A DNA stretch of 64,000 nt from Macrostomum lignano. Lineage: Eukaryota. The notes under the pieces were generated by a model that did no database searches, was not told the DNA's origin, and saw nothing but the letters and a program-made list of their open reading frames with translations. Shown here piece by piece: positions 11,384 to 23,640 of the stretch (its first letter is position 1; every line of letters starts with the position of its first letter). The position numbers were made by a program, and so were the translations under genes. Where the stretch lies: assembly GCA_002269645.1 (NCBI GenBank), contig NIVC01000109.1, positions 731,670-795,669 of the forward strand. The letters are read 5' to 3'.

Positions 11384-14300
11384 ATGGCCTCCAATCTCGC
11401 ACCTCGCTTGCCTGCTTTGCAGCCAGCAAGCCAGCCAATCTTCTTTGGACTGGCTGTCCTTCCAGCCTATGGGCTGCTGCTGCTGCTGCACTTTTGCCTC
11501 CACGCAGCCCCTGTCGCTTTTATAAACATCGGCGCGAATGACGGTGAGGCCCAGCGAGACGGCAACTGTTATAAGCAGCAGCATATATGGAAAATTGGAT
11601 TTTTATAAAGTACAGCTCTGCGATATGACTGTCAACCTGAAGGAACTTCTGTGCCTTGCAATCATTTGGTACTGCATAAATAACAGTAAGTGACTGTTGC
11701 TATTTAATTGAAAGAATGCAATCATTTGGGCCATGCAGAAAGACGCTACAGACTCAAACATTTTTCTGTAAAATTCGTCAGCGGGATTGGAATTTTTCAG
11801 TTTTTTAGCACTTTACTCTGTATACTTGTGGGCTTTTGCCATAGACAATTTTGCCTTGGCCTCCTCGCGGATGATATCGGCGATTTCCGTGCCTGCTGTG
11901 TAGCTGGGTAGTTACTTTTGCTTCTCGTTGGCGATACCTGATGGACGCATCGATGAAATCCTCAAGCCGGGGTTGAATGCGTTGTGAGGGTCTGCTGACA
12001 CGGAGAACAACTCAGGCGGGGGCAGAGAGAAAGTTGGCTGCCCCAATAACGCCAATAAGAGTAAAGCCGAGAGAGAGCAGTGTGTCGTGTGGAACCGAAA
12101 TAGTCTTCAACCCACGTACTACTCCGTGTGACCGATTTCTATTTGTATTTAGCAGCGACTCTGCAGTTGACAATGCGTACAGTATACACGAGGAAGCACA
12201 TTGGATGTACATAGCATATGTACACCAGGAGCATGAATCTTTGTCATACAAGCTACGGGCTGTCTGCACCGTGCATCAGGGTTGTTACAGAAATTCCTGC
12301 CTGTACATGTCAATTAAAAACAGCTGCTTAGATTTCATTGGACAGCAGTTGCAGTCTGGGATTAAGTTCTAGGATATAAAATAAAGGATTGTGGTCTTGG
12401 GCTGATGCAGGTTATCTCTAACCAAAGAAAGGTTTTATACGCTCGTAAAGATCCTAAACTTACTTGATTCACCATTGCTGAGTTTCTGGAAGCTCTCGCT
12501 AACTACTGCTCTGCTCAAATTCCACTGCGAAGAATCGTAGAGTAGCAGACTGCAATGAACGGTCGGCTAATCCTGATGATTTTCGGATGCAGCTTGTGCT
12601 GCCTGAGATTTTGTGAGTCTGTCAAAAATCCTAATCTGTAGGAAGCAAGATGAGATTTCAGGCAGAAAAGTCTTTTAAAAGTACTTCTCAGAGTTCCTTC
12701 AACTTCGAGTGAATTCTACCTTCTGTGAGACGTCTGTTGTTAACATTCACAACGTTAAGAGTTTTCCCTTTGTCTAATTTTAAAGCCAAAAATGTTCACA
12801 GGTCGTGCCATCAAGGTCTCCAGAGCTGAGATCGCCAATGCCTGGCAATCGTCTGTCTATAATCACCCAGAATGCGACTGCTTCATCAGATCAATGGACA
12901 AGCCGGGGCAGTGGACCTATTTTCTTACCAGCGACACTCCGGACCCCTCCGGCTACCAGTGGCTGCTGCTGAAGCTGACCCGAAGTGTCCCAGTGCGCTT
13001 TATCACTGTCTATGGGAGACAATATTCCCGGTACATCCTATATACTAAAAATGAAATGTGTGTCTCTGTGAGATAGATTTCAGAAAAAACGGCTTAACCG
13101 ATTTTCTTCAAACTTGCACCATTCGATCAGAAATTTTCCTGGGACGGTACATGCATCTTGGCTAAGAAATTGCTCAATATTAAAGGGATTAAATATTCGA
13201 AAAACATGCTTTTTTGCAAAGGTCAAGCAGCTCTTTCGACCTGAAATGCATTGTAAGAATGCTAGAGAAAAAACTGACTGGCTGAATTCCGATTGTGATA
13301 AAGATTGCATCACAACCAGTTGAAAACAGTGCCGAAGAAATGCACACAAGACTTGATTTAAATTGCGTAACCATATTGCTAACTTGAATTGAGACTGATA
13401 CTGGCTGACTGAGAAATTGATTATGTCATAACTTTTTACTCTAACCGACTTGCTATAAGTATTGAATTATAAGGGCCACAAGTCATGTTCTCCAATTGAA
13501 AAGAGATAGCCGGATGCAAACAGACTGGAATGCAAATGTAGCAACCTTGGTTCGAATCTTAGTAGTGAAAAATGTTTTTTTTATTAAAACACCTTAAAAA
13601 ACACAAAATTCTAAACATTAAAGAGCCACCATGTCGAACATTAAAAAGCCACCATGTCAAACATTAAAGAGCCACAATGTCAAACATTAAAGAGTTACCA
13701 TGTCAAACATTAAAGAGTTACCATGTCGAACATTAAAGAGCCACCATGTCAAACATTAAAGAGCCACCATGTCTAACATTAAAGAGCCACCATGTCCAAC
13801 ATTAAAGAGCCATCATGTCAAACATTAAAGAGCCACCATGTCCAACATTAAAGAGCCACCATGTCAAACATTAAAGAGCCACCATGTCAAACATTAAAGA
13901 GCCATCATGTCAAACATAAAAGAGCCACCTTTTTGAACATTAAAGAACCACCATTTCGAACATTAAAGAGCCACCATGTCAAACATAATAGAGCCACCAT
14001 GTCAAACATTAAAAAGCCACTTTGTCAAACATAGAAGAGCCCCCATGTCAAACATAGAAGAGCCCCCATGTCAAACATAGAAGAGCCACTATGTCAGACA
14101 TTGAAAAGCCACCGTATCAAACATAAAAGAGTTACCATGTACGAGCGTAGAACAAAAAAGAGCCACAATGTATAACATAAAAGAGCCACAATGTATAACA
14201 AAAAAGAGCCACAATATATAACATAAAAGAGCCACAATGTATAACAAAAAAGAGCCACAATGTATAACATAAAAGAGCCACAATGTATGACATAAAAGAG

Positions 14301-15670
14301 CCACCCTGTTAAACATAAAAGATACACAATTTCAAACGTAAAAGTAAGCGAATTTTAAAGGAGCCGCTATAATGCTAAGGAAATTGTCGCACTAGCTACT
14401 TATTGTCTGGTGGATGCTTGCAATCTGGGGGATGCTTGCTATCTGGGGGATGCTTGCTATCTTGGGGATGCTTGCTATCTGGGGGATGCTTGCTATCTGG
14501 GGGATGCTTGCTATCTGAGGGATGCTTGCTATCTTGGGGATGCTTGCTATCTGGGGGATGCTTGCTATCTGGGGGATGCTTGCAATCTGGGGGATGCTTG
14601 CTATCTGAGGGATGCTTGCTATCTTGGGGATGCTTGCTATCTGGGGGATGCTTGCTATCTGGGGGATGCTTGCTATCTTGGGGATGCTTGCTATCTGGGG
14701 GATGCTTGCTATCTGGGGGATGCTTGCAATCTGGGGGATGCTTGCTATCTTGGGGATGCTTGCAGTCTTGGGATGCTTGCTATCTGGGGGATGCTTGCTA
14801 TCTTGGGGATGCTTGCTATCTTGGGGATGCTTGCTATCTGGGGGATGCTTGCAGTCTTGGGATGATTTCTTTTTGCAATGCACTTCATTTGAGCAGTTTG
14901 TCTGTTGTCTTTTTGAAGGATTTTTGGCTGTCTTTTTGTTACTTGTAGAAAACAGAGATTCTATCCAGATGTCCCCCATCGGGGGGCGAAGATTGCTAGT
15001 TAAAAACTGTAAGCCATTTGTGTTCCAATACTGAGCTATAACTTACTTGTAAATACCCTAAAAATTGTCGCATTTGGTACCACATCAGTGAGCCACAGAG
15101 CCCTGGGCATCGAAGTGCTGCTCAGTGAGGAGAAGCCAGCCGGTCTGGATGAGGATGCACCCAACTGCACTGCAGCCGCTTTCAGTCACAGTCTGTCCGG
15201 ATTCCAACACTGCGGCTTCACCAGAAATGACAGCAGCAATTCACTCAGGTCGCACTTGGTGCATGAAGTGACCTGCTCAGCTGAGGCCGATGGCAAGGTT
15301 TGTCACGCAGTTGCTGCAACTCTTTCAATATTGGAATTCGCAGTGCTGCAGCATCGCATTGCAGATGGCGCAGTATGTGCTGCTGAGGAAGTTCGTGGTC
15401 AATCAGACTGACAAGATGATGAACTTTGAGCTGCTTGAAATTGAGAAAAGAGACTGCTTTCGGCCTAACAGAGACAGCAGCTCTGGCTGCTCTTCTGCTG
15501 ACTTCTGTAAAGAACAACACAGGGGATGCTTTGTGGAAGACTTGTCTCAGCTCAAGCTCAATGAGAAAGTGGTGATTCGAGCTCGGCTGCCAGGAAACTG
15601 CAGAGCACCTGCTGCATCAAACTGCAGCATCAGAATGCGGAACGGCAGTGATCTCTTGGAGTTGAGTTCG
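11384..15670 (+). CDS. Probable 5' exons of the Ig receptor: signal-peptide exon (11384-11543), fucolectin/F5-8C-like exon (12802-~13030), degenerate exons ~15088-15670
   Basis: Hydrophobic leader ending at phase-1 donor G|GTGAGG, in phase with acceptor CAG|GT at 12801. AWQSSVY..SMD..F.T..P..W.LLKL...V.FI.VYGR pattern. A frameshift near 15290 leaves this part uncertain. Confidence 0.4.
13036..13200 (+). mobile_element. 5' part of a non-autonomous Helitron-like (Lep1/HINE-type) element
   Basis: A|TCCTATATACTAAAAATG start, short GT/CT tract, then AAACGGCTTAACCGATTTTCTTCAAACTT core; 3' end not located. Confidence 0.45.
13618..14330. repeat. ~23-bp minisatellite (AAAGAGCCACCATGTCAAACATT)
   Basis: Seen directly; diverging variants toward the 3' end. 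Confidence 0.9.
14408..14866. repeat. 18-bp minisatellite (GGGGATGCTTGCTATCTG)
   Basis: Seen directly. Confidence 0.95.
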
Positions 15671-15724
15671 GTAAGAGTTCGATTGAGATAAATACTTGAG
15701 CTTGCACCTGATATGGGAATTGAG

Positions 15725-18700
15725 CAGCACAGTTGGGCATTCGCATTGCAGAGTGCGGTCTCGGCCAGCTCTCTGATTCTGAGAACTTTTACAGTGCGGC
15801 TGCGGATGCACGGGGCGGATTTGAAGTGCCGACACAGCTGCAGCGGTGGGACTGCGCTTGTCTCTTTTCATACACTGGGTGTGCAGTCCGCCAGTGAGTC
15901 AGGCTGGCAATCAGTTTTCCTGCTGTCACAGAAATCTGCATTGAAATTGCAGACACGAATTCAATGCGGCGGGCTTGAAGACCTGCAGAGCCCTGCACCA
16001 CTCACTACTCAAACCCTTCCAGAGCCCTGCACCACTCACTACTCAAACCCTTCCAGAGCCCTGCAACACTCACTACTCAAACCCTTCCAGAGCCCTGCAC
16101 CACTCACTACTCAAACCCTTCCAGAGCCCTGCACCACTCACTTGCTGCTCCCCGCAAACACCAGCTGGACAGACGGAGCAGCCGTCAATCTGACAGCTGA
16201 CACACCGGGTTGCTACTGGATGCCAATCAGCCACAGCTGCTCTGTGCAGTCACAGCGAAATGGAAACACAGCGCTTCAGCTGCTGTCAGTGAGTCCCACA
16301 CTGACCCATGGTTGCACCTGTGTATTGGGTGCATGGCAACAATGATCTGAAAATTAGCTGTGAAAACTGACTCATTTCAGAGCAAGAACTCAAGCAGCAC
16401 ATTCTCAGTGATTGTGAGCAGGAGCTGGGGAAGCTCAGCATCAGTTTTGTGTCAGGTGAACCAGTCAGGACTGTTCGATGTAACGGCTCGTCGCGAGCTG
16501 CCTGCAGTTCTGTGTAAGTGTCCATGTACTTCTGTTTGTTCTTGGATGCATGTTCTCCAGTTCAACAGTTAGATCCAATGCGGAACCAGTTCACCAGTTA
16601 GATCCAATGCGGAACCAGTTCACCAGTTAGATCCAATGCGGAACCAGTTCACCAGTTAGATCCAATGCGGAACCAGTTCACCAGTTAGAACCAATGCGGA
16701 ACCAGTTCACCAGTTAGATCCAATGCGGAACCAGTTCACCAGTTAGATCCAATGCGGAACCAGTTCACCAGTTAGATCCAATGCGGAACCAGTTCACCAG
16801 TTAGATCCAATGCGGTACCAGTTCACCAGTTGGATCCAACGCGGAACCAGTTCACCAGTTAGATCCAATGCGGTACCAGTTCACCAGTTAGATCCAATGC
16901 GGTACCAGTTAACCAGTTAAACCCAATGCGGAACCAGTTCACCAGTTAGATCCAATGCGGAACCAGTTCACCAGTTAGATCCAATGCGGAACCAGTTCAC
17001 CAGTTCAACCCCAATGCAGCTCACCTGACTGCCATACCGAACTGCATTTCAGACCGCAGCTCCGGCCTGTCAATCAAGCTGCCTCCTGGACGAATCCGCA
17101 GTGGAAGAGAAGCTCAAGTCACCCTGCAGACTCTGGAAACAGGAAATCCGCCTGCTCAGCACTTCTGCTCAATCGGTGGAGCCAATCTGAAACAGCTCAG
17201 AGTGAGTTACTCACTGTGAATTGTCAATGCAAAAATTATGCATAAATTTATAAATTACTGACTCTGTTGACTCCAGCTGCCATCTGAGTCAAATGCTTCA
17301 TCAGTGTGGCGACTCAATGCATCGGCCAGCCACAACCAGATGAGAATCATCTGCCAGGTCGCTCAGACTCATGCAGACGGCAAACTCTTATTCAATCAGT
17401 CTGTCAGCAGTGAGCAACTCGATGTGTCATGTGAGTGGATTGCAGTTCAGCTTCTCTGATCCATCAGCAACTCAGATTGCTGAGACAATTAACCATCCAT
17501 GCTCGCACCTGCACGAAAACAGACGCGTCAAACAGCTCATGGAATGCAACTCAGCCTCTGGTGATGAAGGAGGGCGAGCCCGTGTCAGTCTCAGTTCGGT
17601 CAGTTGGTGGCAACCCTGAGCCCAGTCACCGGTGCTGGCTGCGGACAGCCGAGGGTCTCAGCACCAGCATGACCAGGGCCCAGAACACCCCCGAGGCTCA
17701 AAATCTAGGCGTTGAGACGCTGGTGGAATCTGAGTTCAGCTTGAGTTCCACAAGGCAGATGAACGGAAGGTCATTGGAGTGCAGGGTCTCTCAGCATGGC
17801 CTCGAAGATCTGGATGGCATATTCACACAGAATGTTACTGTCTATTGTGAGTTTTCAGCTTCATACTTGTTACAATAAGTAAGTAATTACCTGCTGAGCC
17901 TGTTGCAGGTCAATTGGAACGTACTTGTGAATTACACTTTGTTCCATTTCATTGTTGATTTATTAATTATTTATCTGTTTAGAGGCATAGACTGTCAGTC
18001 GACAGAAATGAATTATGCATCAATGATATACCTTTTCGCGATGGGTAAAAAACGAATCTTTATCCTTATCCTTATTGAGCATTCAACTCATGGAACCAAT
18101 GACTGAGACCTGCACCGAGCTCTGAACACAATGATTTATTCCCGTTTTGAATTTTAAGCCTCTAATTGATGCTGTGGCAATGGTGGCTGTTGTTAGCTCG
18201 TACTTGAATAGGACCAATGATTATGGTATCGGGAACCCTGACCCGCTACGCTGTTTGCGATGTGCGGAGTCGTGATAGATAAGCGAGTTAATGAGTAATA
18301 TTTTGTACAAAACATTACTGTGTTTTGTGAGTAGGAAGGAACCCCTCGAAATTCTAGCAGAAAGCATGATGCACTAGATACAGGTTCAAGCCCGACGTGA
18401 CTTTACCACAATGGAAGGCAAAACTGTTATTGCACTGTCTTGCAGTTCCTTCGAACAGCATCGGTTGGACTGGCCAGCTACTGAACGGCTCTGAGCTGAG
18501 TCTGCTGGGACAGACACAGGAGGGAAACCCGAGGCCCGAGCTGCACTGCTCGATCAAGTCCGACACAGTCAGCATTGAAGGACTCACTGTGAGTTCATGT
18601 TTGCTGCTACCAAAGCTGCTGTCCATCATTGCTGTACATGCATTCTCAGTGTCATTACTCACGGCCCTCTACTTGACCTTTGATGTTACTGAGCAGCTCA

Positions 18701-19260
18701 CTCCTGAGCCCGATCTCAGAGGCAGACACGGAGGCTGGATTCGGAGAGCTCGACTGACTCACCAGTTCTTTGAGCGACAGGATGAGGTCACTGTGACGTG
18801 TCTGATCAGCCAGAGCTTTCCCGGTCTCGGCGCTGTGTTCTCACCGGTGAAGAGCTCGAGGACTGTTCGAGCCGTGTTCCGTGAGCATTCAAATTTTAGT
18901 TTGTGTGAGAATGCTCACAGGGTTCGATCACTGCTCACAAAGTACACATTGTTCTTCAGCGAGCGCCAAAAGCAGAAGCAGTTCTGACAGCGGTGTGCTG
19001 CTGACAGTCGTTATCAGCTGCTTGGTGGCCGCAGCCGTCGCAGTGGGCGGCGCAGCGACTGCCGCGGTGCTGAAGCGGACCCGAGCAGCCGCCGCCTCCG
19101 CTGGCGTCACCAGCCAAGGAGCGGCCGTGGAGCTGCTGGCTGCTGCCAAGCCGCCCGACCCCAACGTGAGACTCAGTTTTTATTAAGCAGGTGTTTCAGG
19201 TGAGATTAACTCAGAAGCTTTTATTTCTTCCAGTCGGTTTACTACTATGCTGAGAGCTGA
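15725..19260 (+). CDS. Multi-exon type-I membrane protein with C2-set (CD80/nephrin-like) Ig domains, TM helix and short Tyr tail
   Basis: Phase-consistent GT-AG exons 15725-15893, 16173-16288, 16381-16513, 17053-17201, 17277-17430, 17523-17846, 18446-18588, 18694-18880, 18921-19165, 19234-19260. Repeated GNP.P/A...C and MNG..L.C motifs; TM VLLTVVISCLVAAAVAVGGAATAAVL followed by KRTR; ends PDPNSVYYYAES*. Confidence 0.75.
15985..16142. repeat. 34-bp intronic minisatellite (AGAGCCCTGCACCACTCACTACTCAAACCCTTCC)
   Basis: Same unit as 22285-22702. Confidence 0.9.
16566..17010. repeat. 29-bp intronic minisatellite (GTTAGATCCAATGCGGAACCAGTTCACCA)
   Basis: Seen directly. Confidence 0.95.
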
Positions 19261-19477
19261 GGAGACCGGCAAGCGGTTCGTGTGGCCTTCGATGACTTCT
19301 AGGAGGCAGTAATGGGCTGCTGCTGCTGCTGCTGCCTCCGGTTCACTGCATTGGTCTATTTATTAGACAGCAACTTTTTATTGTTTATTAACCCAGAGTT
19401 ATTCGAAGAGTTTTTTTCCCGAGGTTTCCAACTGCTGTGTACAGCAGGCAACACTTTTAAAACATTCTCTTTGCTTT

Positions 19478-19775
19478 GAGTTGGTTGTCGCCTAGCGGTC
19501 AGAGCGTCGGACTCACGACTGAAAAGTCAGGGGTTCGATTCTGGAGCCACTCGGAACAATTTGTGTCCTTGAGCAAGACACTTGTAACTCTGCAATGCTT
19601 CAGTTCACCCAGCTGTAAAATGGGTGCCAGCATTAGCTGGGGTAAATGAGGTGTGTGGCGACCCCCCAGTCCTTGGACTGAACAGCCGTACGCAGCCTTC
19701 AGATGCGCCGCGCAATAGCTGCGGCAGAGCTGTCGGTTGCGCATATGCCCATTAGAACAGGTGTAATTAATTGTT
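19478..19775 (+). mobile_element. tRNA-derived CORE-type SINE, near full length
   Basis: tRNA-like head with B box GGGTTCGATTC, CORE-like GTGTCCTTGAGCAAGACACTT...CTGTAAAATGGG, and a 3' tail shared with the 10932 copy. Confidence 0.8.
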
Positions 19776-19992
19776 ACATTGATATTATCCTTGTTTTGAC
19801 ACGGGGTTTTCAGCTGCTATTCTTTCACAGAAGTATTATTGCTTTGTCATATATTTTATATTTTAACTTAATCAAGGACTCGCACAGTGTAGCGAACTGG
19901 TTTCATAAACGCATTATCTTCTGTTGGTTACTCAGTTTTTCTCTTGCTTTCTCTTGAATTTCAAATAAAAGTTTGTTTCTACACCATTTTAC

Positions 19993-20526
19993 CAAAGTCT
20001 TGATCAAAAGAGACAAGCAGGAATTCAATTCAAACACTTTAGGAAACCTCAGCGCTTGCGGAAATTCAATTCAAGCAAAGTCACATTCTATTGAAACAGA
20101 CGAACTTCAATTCAGACTGTTTGTGACCAAAACTGTCTCTGAGTAATGCGCATGAGCAGATTTGAAATTCGAAAGAGACAAAGTGACATTCTTGTACATC
20201 ATGGTGGCAGAACCAGGTTATTGATGGTTAGGTGGCTCAAGTTGACCACAGGACACCGACTTGTTCCTGTTTTGAATTTTAATATTGTGTTCTTGGATAT
20301 GTTGTGTTTTATCTCTCTGACGGAATAGAATGTAACTTTGTTTGTTTTGAATTTCCAGTCTGCTCATGCCCGTCTATCAGGGACAGTTTTGGCCTCAGAC
20401 AGTCTGGATTGAAGTTCATCTGTCTCAATAGAATGGGACTTTGTTTGAATTGAATTTCCGCAAGCGCTGAGGTTTCTTAAAGTGTTTGAATTGAAGTCCA
20501 TCTTGTCTCTTTTAAACAAGAACTTG
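19993..20526. repeat. Long imperfect inverted repeat (~150-bp arms, ~230-bp spacer); foldback/MITE-like
   Basis: AAACACTTTAGGAAACCTCAGCGCTTGCGGAAATTCAATTC (~20032) is the near reverse complement of GAATTGAATTTCCGCAAGCGCTGAGGTTTCTTAAAGTGTTT (~20449). Confidence 0.8.
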
Positions 20527-22284
20527 TTCAAAGTAGGAGGCAAATGGTGCATTAAAGTTCATTAAGACAGAACACTTCTGTGCATTTTGCATTGTTTCGT
20601 GCACAGTGAATGTACAATCTGATCCGGGCTTCAGTTTTAACTAATTTCAATTAATGCCATATTGGCAATAAATTTATCAAATTGCCGCGATTAAAATTCT
20701 ATTCGATTCCCATTTGAAAGATTGGCACCTATCTATAGCAGCGTGCTGAAGGCTGCAGCAATGGTTGTTTACCTACAGCGCGGTTCATCGCATGCAAGCG
20801 GTGCAATCCATATAGTTGGAAACGCCACAGACAAATCATGAGTGTATATAGCAACTCATTCGGTAAAACTTTGACTTCCTGACCGACTTGATGTCCTTAG
20901 TTTAGCTTCTCGATTGCTTAAAATGCACAGCTGACTGACTGTTTCCGAAAACAGATCAATAGTCGAGATTCTGGCAGCACTGTAGCAACTGATGAGGATG
21001 TGAACATAGTCTGAAAAAGACAGTAATATAGACAGTAGTAAGTGTAGAATCCGGCTTCGCTCTGCTGAGGTTCTTCAGTTAGTCAGGCTCAAGTCGTTTT
21101 AATTTGTCATTGAAAAAGGAACCGCCATAAAGGATGCCTTTCATCGCCTCCGACAGAAGCAAACGACTGTCGTGACCTAAGCGGTATTTGGGACATGATG
21201 TACATGAAGTCTGGCTAACTAACGCCTTCTGTAGCAGTGTGAAGGTGCTCTAGACTACGTGACGAAGAGCCTTTCTGTTAGTATTTGGGATTCAGTGTAT
21301 GTCTTCACGAAGTCCTACAGCGATCGCTTGAGCGAATACAGGGTACCAAGGTTTCTGTCAGATTCTGTATGAGAGTTGGATTGTAATCATGGGCTTAAAA
21401 ATAAAAATAAAATCTCATATTATACTCCATTCTCAAGCTGAACTTTGAAGCTGCTCGTGGGCACTTCCGGATTCTGCGCTCATTACGGTCCAATAATGGC
21501 ATCTGGCTGCGAATCAACCGCCCTGACATTCCGCTTCGATGTTCAGACTAATTTGACAGCCCTTATGCATGCAAATCCTTGCAGAAGCTCATTGTTTAAC
21601 ACAAGCCTATATTGAAATTCAAGTGTTCTTCAGAGTTCTGAACTGCAGAGACAGTGAGGTCAGAGCTGCTGCCCGAACAGTGCAATCCAGTACACGGACT
21701 GCTTGAGTAGACCCTGTAAACTCGACCACCGATGGAAAAGGCTAATGAGAGATACCAGTTACTCAAGGATCTTTCAAAACTAAGTTTGCCGGTATCTCAG
21801 GGAGTGAAGGATTTAGAGATCAATTATATTGATAATCAATCGAATATGCAGACAAAAGAAGTCTGGACACAATTCGATGCAGTGCAAGTATGTTGCACCC
21901 AAATTACTTTAAGTAGTATGCTAGGGTCATCCATGCATGAACTGAGTATTGGATGCAGAAAGAAATCCTAAACATAGGAAAAGGACTCCATTAAAGGCAG
22001 TCTCAAAGTTAAAAGATATGTGTCTAACCCAGAAACATCAGAAAGCTAGATGTTCAAATGGCAGAATTATATGAATTATTGAGCCGTCTAAAACCTTCCT
22101 GTTTCGTTAAAACTAGTAAAAAGTAACCTAAGATTAGGCCTACTAATCTTAATATTTCTGCAGGCAATATCAGAGCGTTCAAAAACGTTCCGCATTCAGA
22201 TATAAAGGGATTAAATAAAAATAATCATACCATCAAACTTTCTTATAGCCTCACTTTGCTAAGCTGCAGCTGTCTGTTCGGAGA

Positions 22285-22702
22285 GCACTCACTACTCCAA
22301 CCTCTCGAGAGCCCTGCACCACTCACTACTCAAACCCTTCCAGAGCCCTGCACCACTCACTACTCAAACCCTTCCAGAGCCCTGCACCACTCACTACTCA
22401 AACCCTTCCAGAGCCCTGCACCACTCACTACTCAAACCCTTCCAGAGTCCTGCACCACTCACTACTCAAACCCTTCCAGAGCCCTGCACCACTCACTACT
22501 CAAACCCTTCCTGAGCCCTGCACCACTCATTACTCAAACCCTTCCAGAGCCCTGCACCACTCACTACTCAAACCCTTCCTGAGCCCTGCACCACTCACTA
22601 CTCAAACCCTTCCAGAGCCCTGCACCACTCACTACTCAAACCCTTCCAGAGCCCTGCACTACTCACTACTCAAACCCTTCCAGAGCCCTGCACCACTCAC
22701 TT
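22285..22702. repeat. 34-bp minisatellite, longer copy of the 15985 array
   Basis: Seen directly. Confidence 0.95.
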
Positions 22703-23635
22703 TCTGCTCTCCGCAAACACCAGCTGGACAGACGGAGCAGCCGTCAATCTGACAGCTGACACACCGGGTTGCTACTGGATGCCAATCAGCCACAGCTGCT
22801 CTGTGCAGTCACAGCGAAATGGAAACACAGCGCTTCAGCTGCTGTCAGTGAGTCTCACACTGGCCCATGGTTGCACCTGTGTATTGGGTGCATGGCAACA
22901 ATGATCTGACATTTAGCTGTGAAAACTGACTCATTTCAGAGCACGAACTCAAGCAGCACATTCTCAGTGACTGTGAGCAGGAGCTGGGGAAGCTCAGCAT
23001 CAGTTTTGTGTCGGGTGAACCAGTCAGGACTGTTCGATGTAACGGCTCGTCGCGAGCTGCCTGCAGTTCTGTGTAAGTGTCCAAATAGCTCGTACTTCTG
23101 TTTTTTCCTTGATGCATATTTGATTTTTGATATTCGGATGTACCTACTAAAACAGGTGAAGACAAGCACGTATGTTTTTTGATCTGATCACTTTTAAGCC
23201 TCTACTATAATTTTGCAAAACTAAAGAATATCAATAAAAAAACCTGGCCTTGTGTAGTGAAGTATTTAAAAGAATTGGTCAAGTTAGGAAATCTTAAAAA
23301 CTTCACGTGGTCATTGGACCAAATCTTCGGGTTTCATAGTTGAAACTGCAGCGGCGAGTATATTCAATTTTAAACGTTTCCTTTCTATCTTCCTTCTTAC
23401 AGCTAAAAACTGACTGCACATGACTTGATTTACTTAAAGCAGCTGGTGATGTGCTGGGAGTGCGCATCAGTCAGCGCAACTGCAGTAAAGACGATACGAA
23501 GACGTGACGGTCAGGAGGTTCAGCTTGAGATCCGCCACACTGTTTCATCATCGAGGCGAATGAATGGAGGCTCCGTGATGTGCGGACTCGTGATAGATAA
23601 GCGAAATAATGAGAAATACTTCGTACAAAAACATT
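22703..23635 (+). pseudogene. Duplicated, truncated fragment of the Ig receptor
   Basis: 22703-23085 is nearly identical to 16143-16520; 23575-23635 matches 18262-18317; broken at ~23636. Confidence 0.8.
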
Positions 23636-23640
23636 TCCAA

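Noticed and set aside
11780-12660. Minus-strand peptide SHGVVRGLK..DTLLS reminiscent of KDZ/HMGXB3-type transposases
   Set aside because: Only one short motif in heavily broken frames; needs an HMM search
13500-13570. GGTTCGAATC B box suggesting a tRNA
   Set aside because: No acceptor stem or D arm; at most a decayed SINE head
16566-17010. 29-bp repeat array of CRISPR-like unit length
   Set aside because: Head-to-tail repeats with no spacers, inside a spliceosomal intron of a eukaryotic gene
18200-18330. Extra Ig exon in the receptor gene
   Set aside because: Has an in-frame TAA and no good acceptor; the flanking exons join in phase without it
20640-22250. Coding-like unique sequence (ORF 21732-21971)
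   Set aside because: Many stops and no recognisable motif
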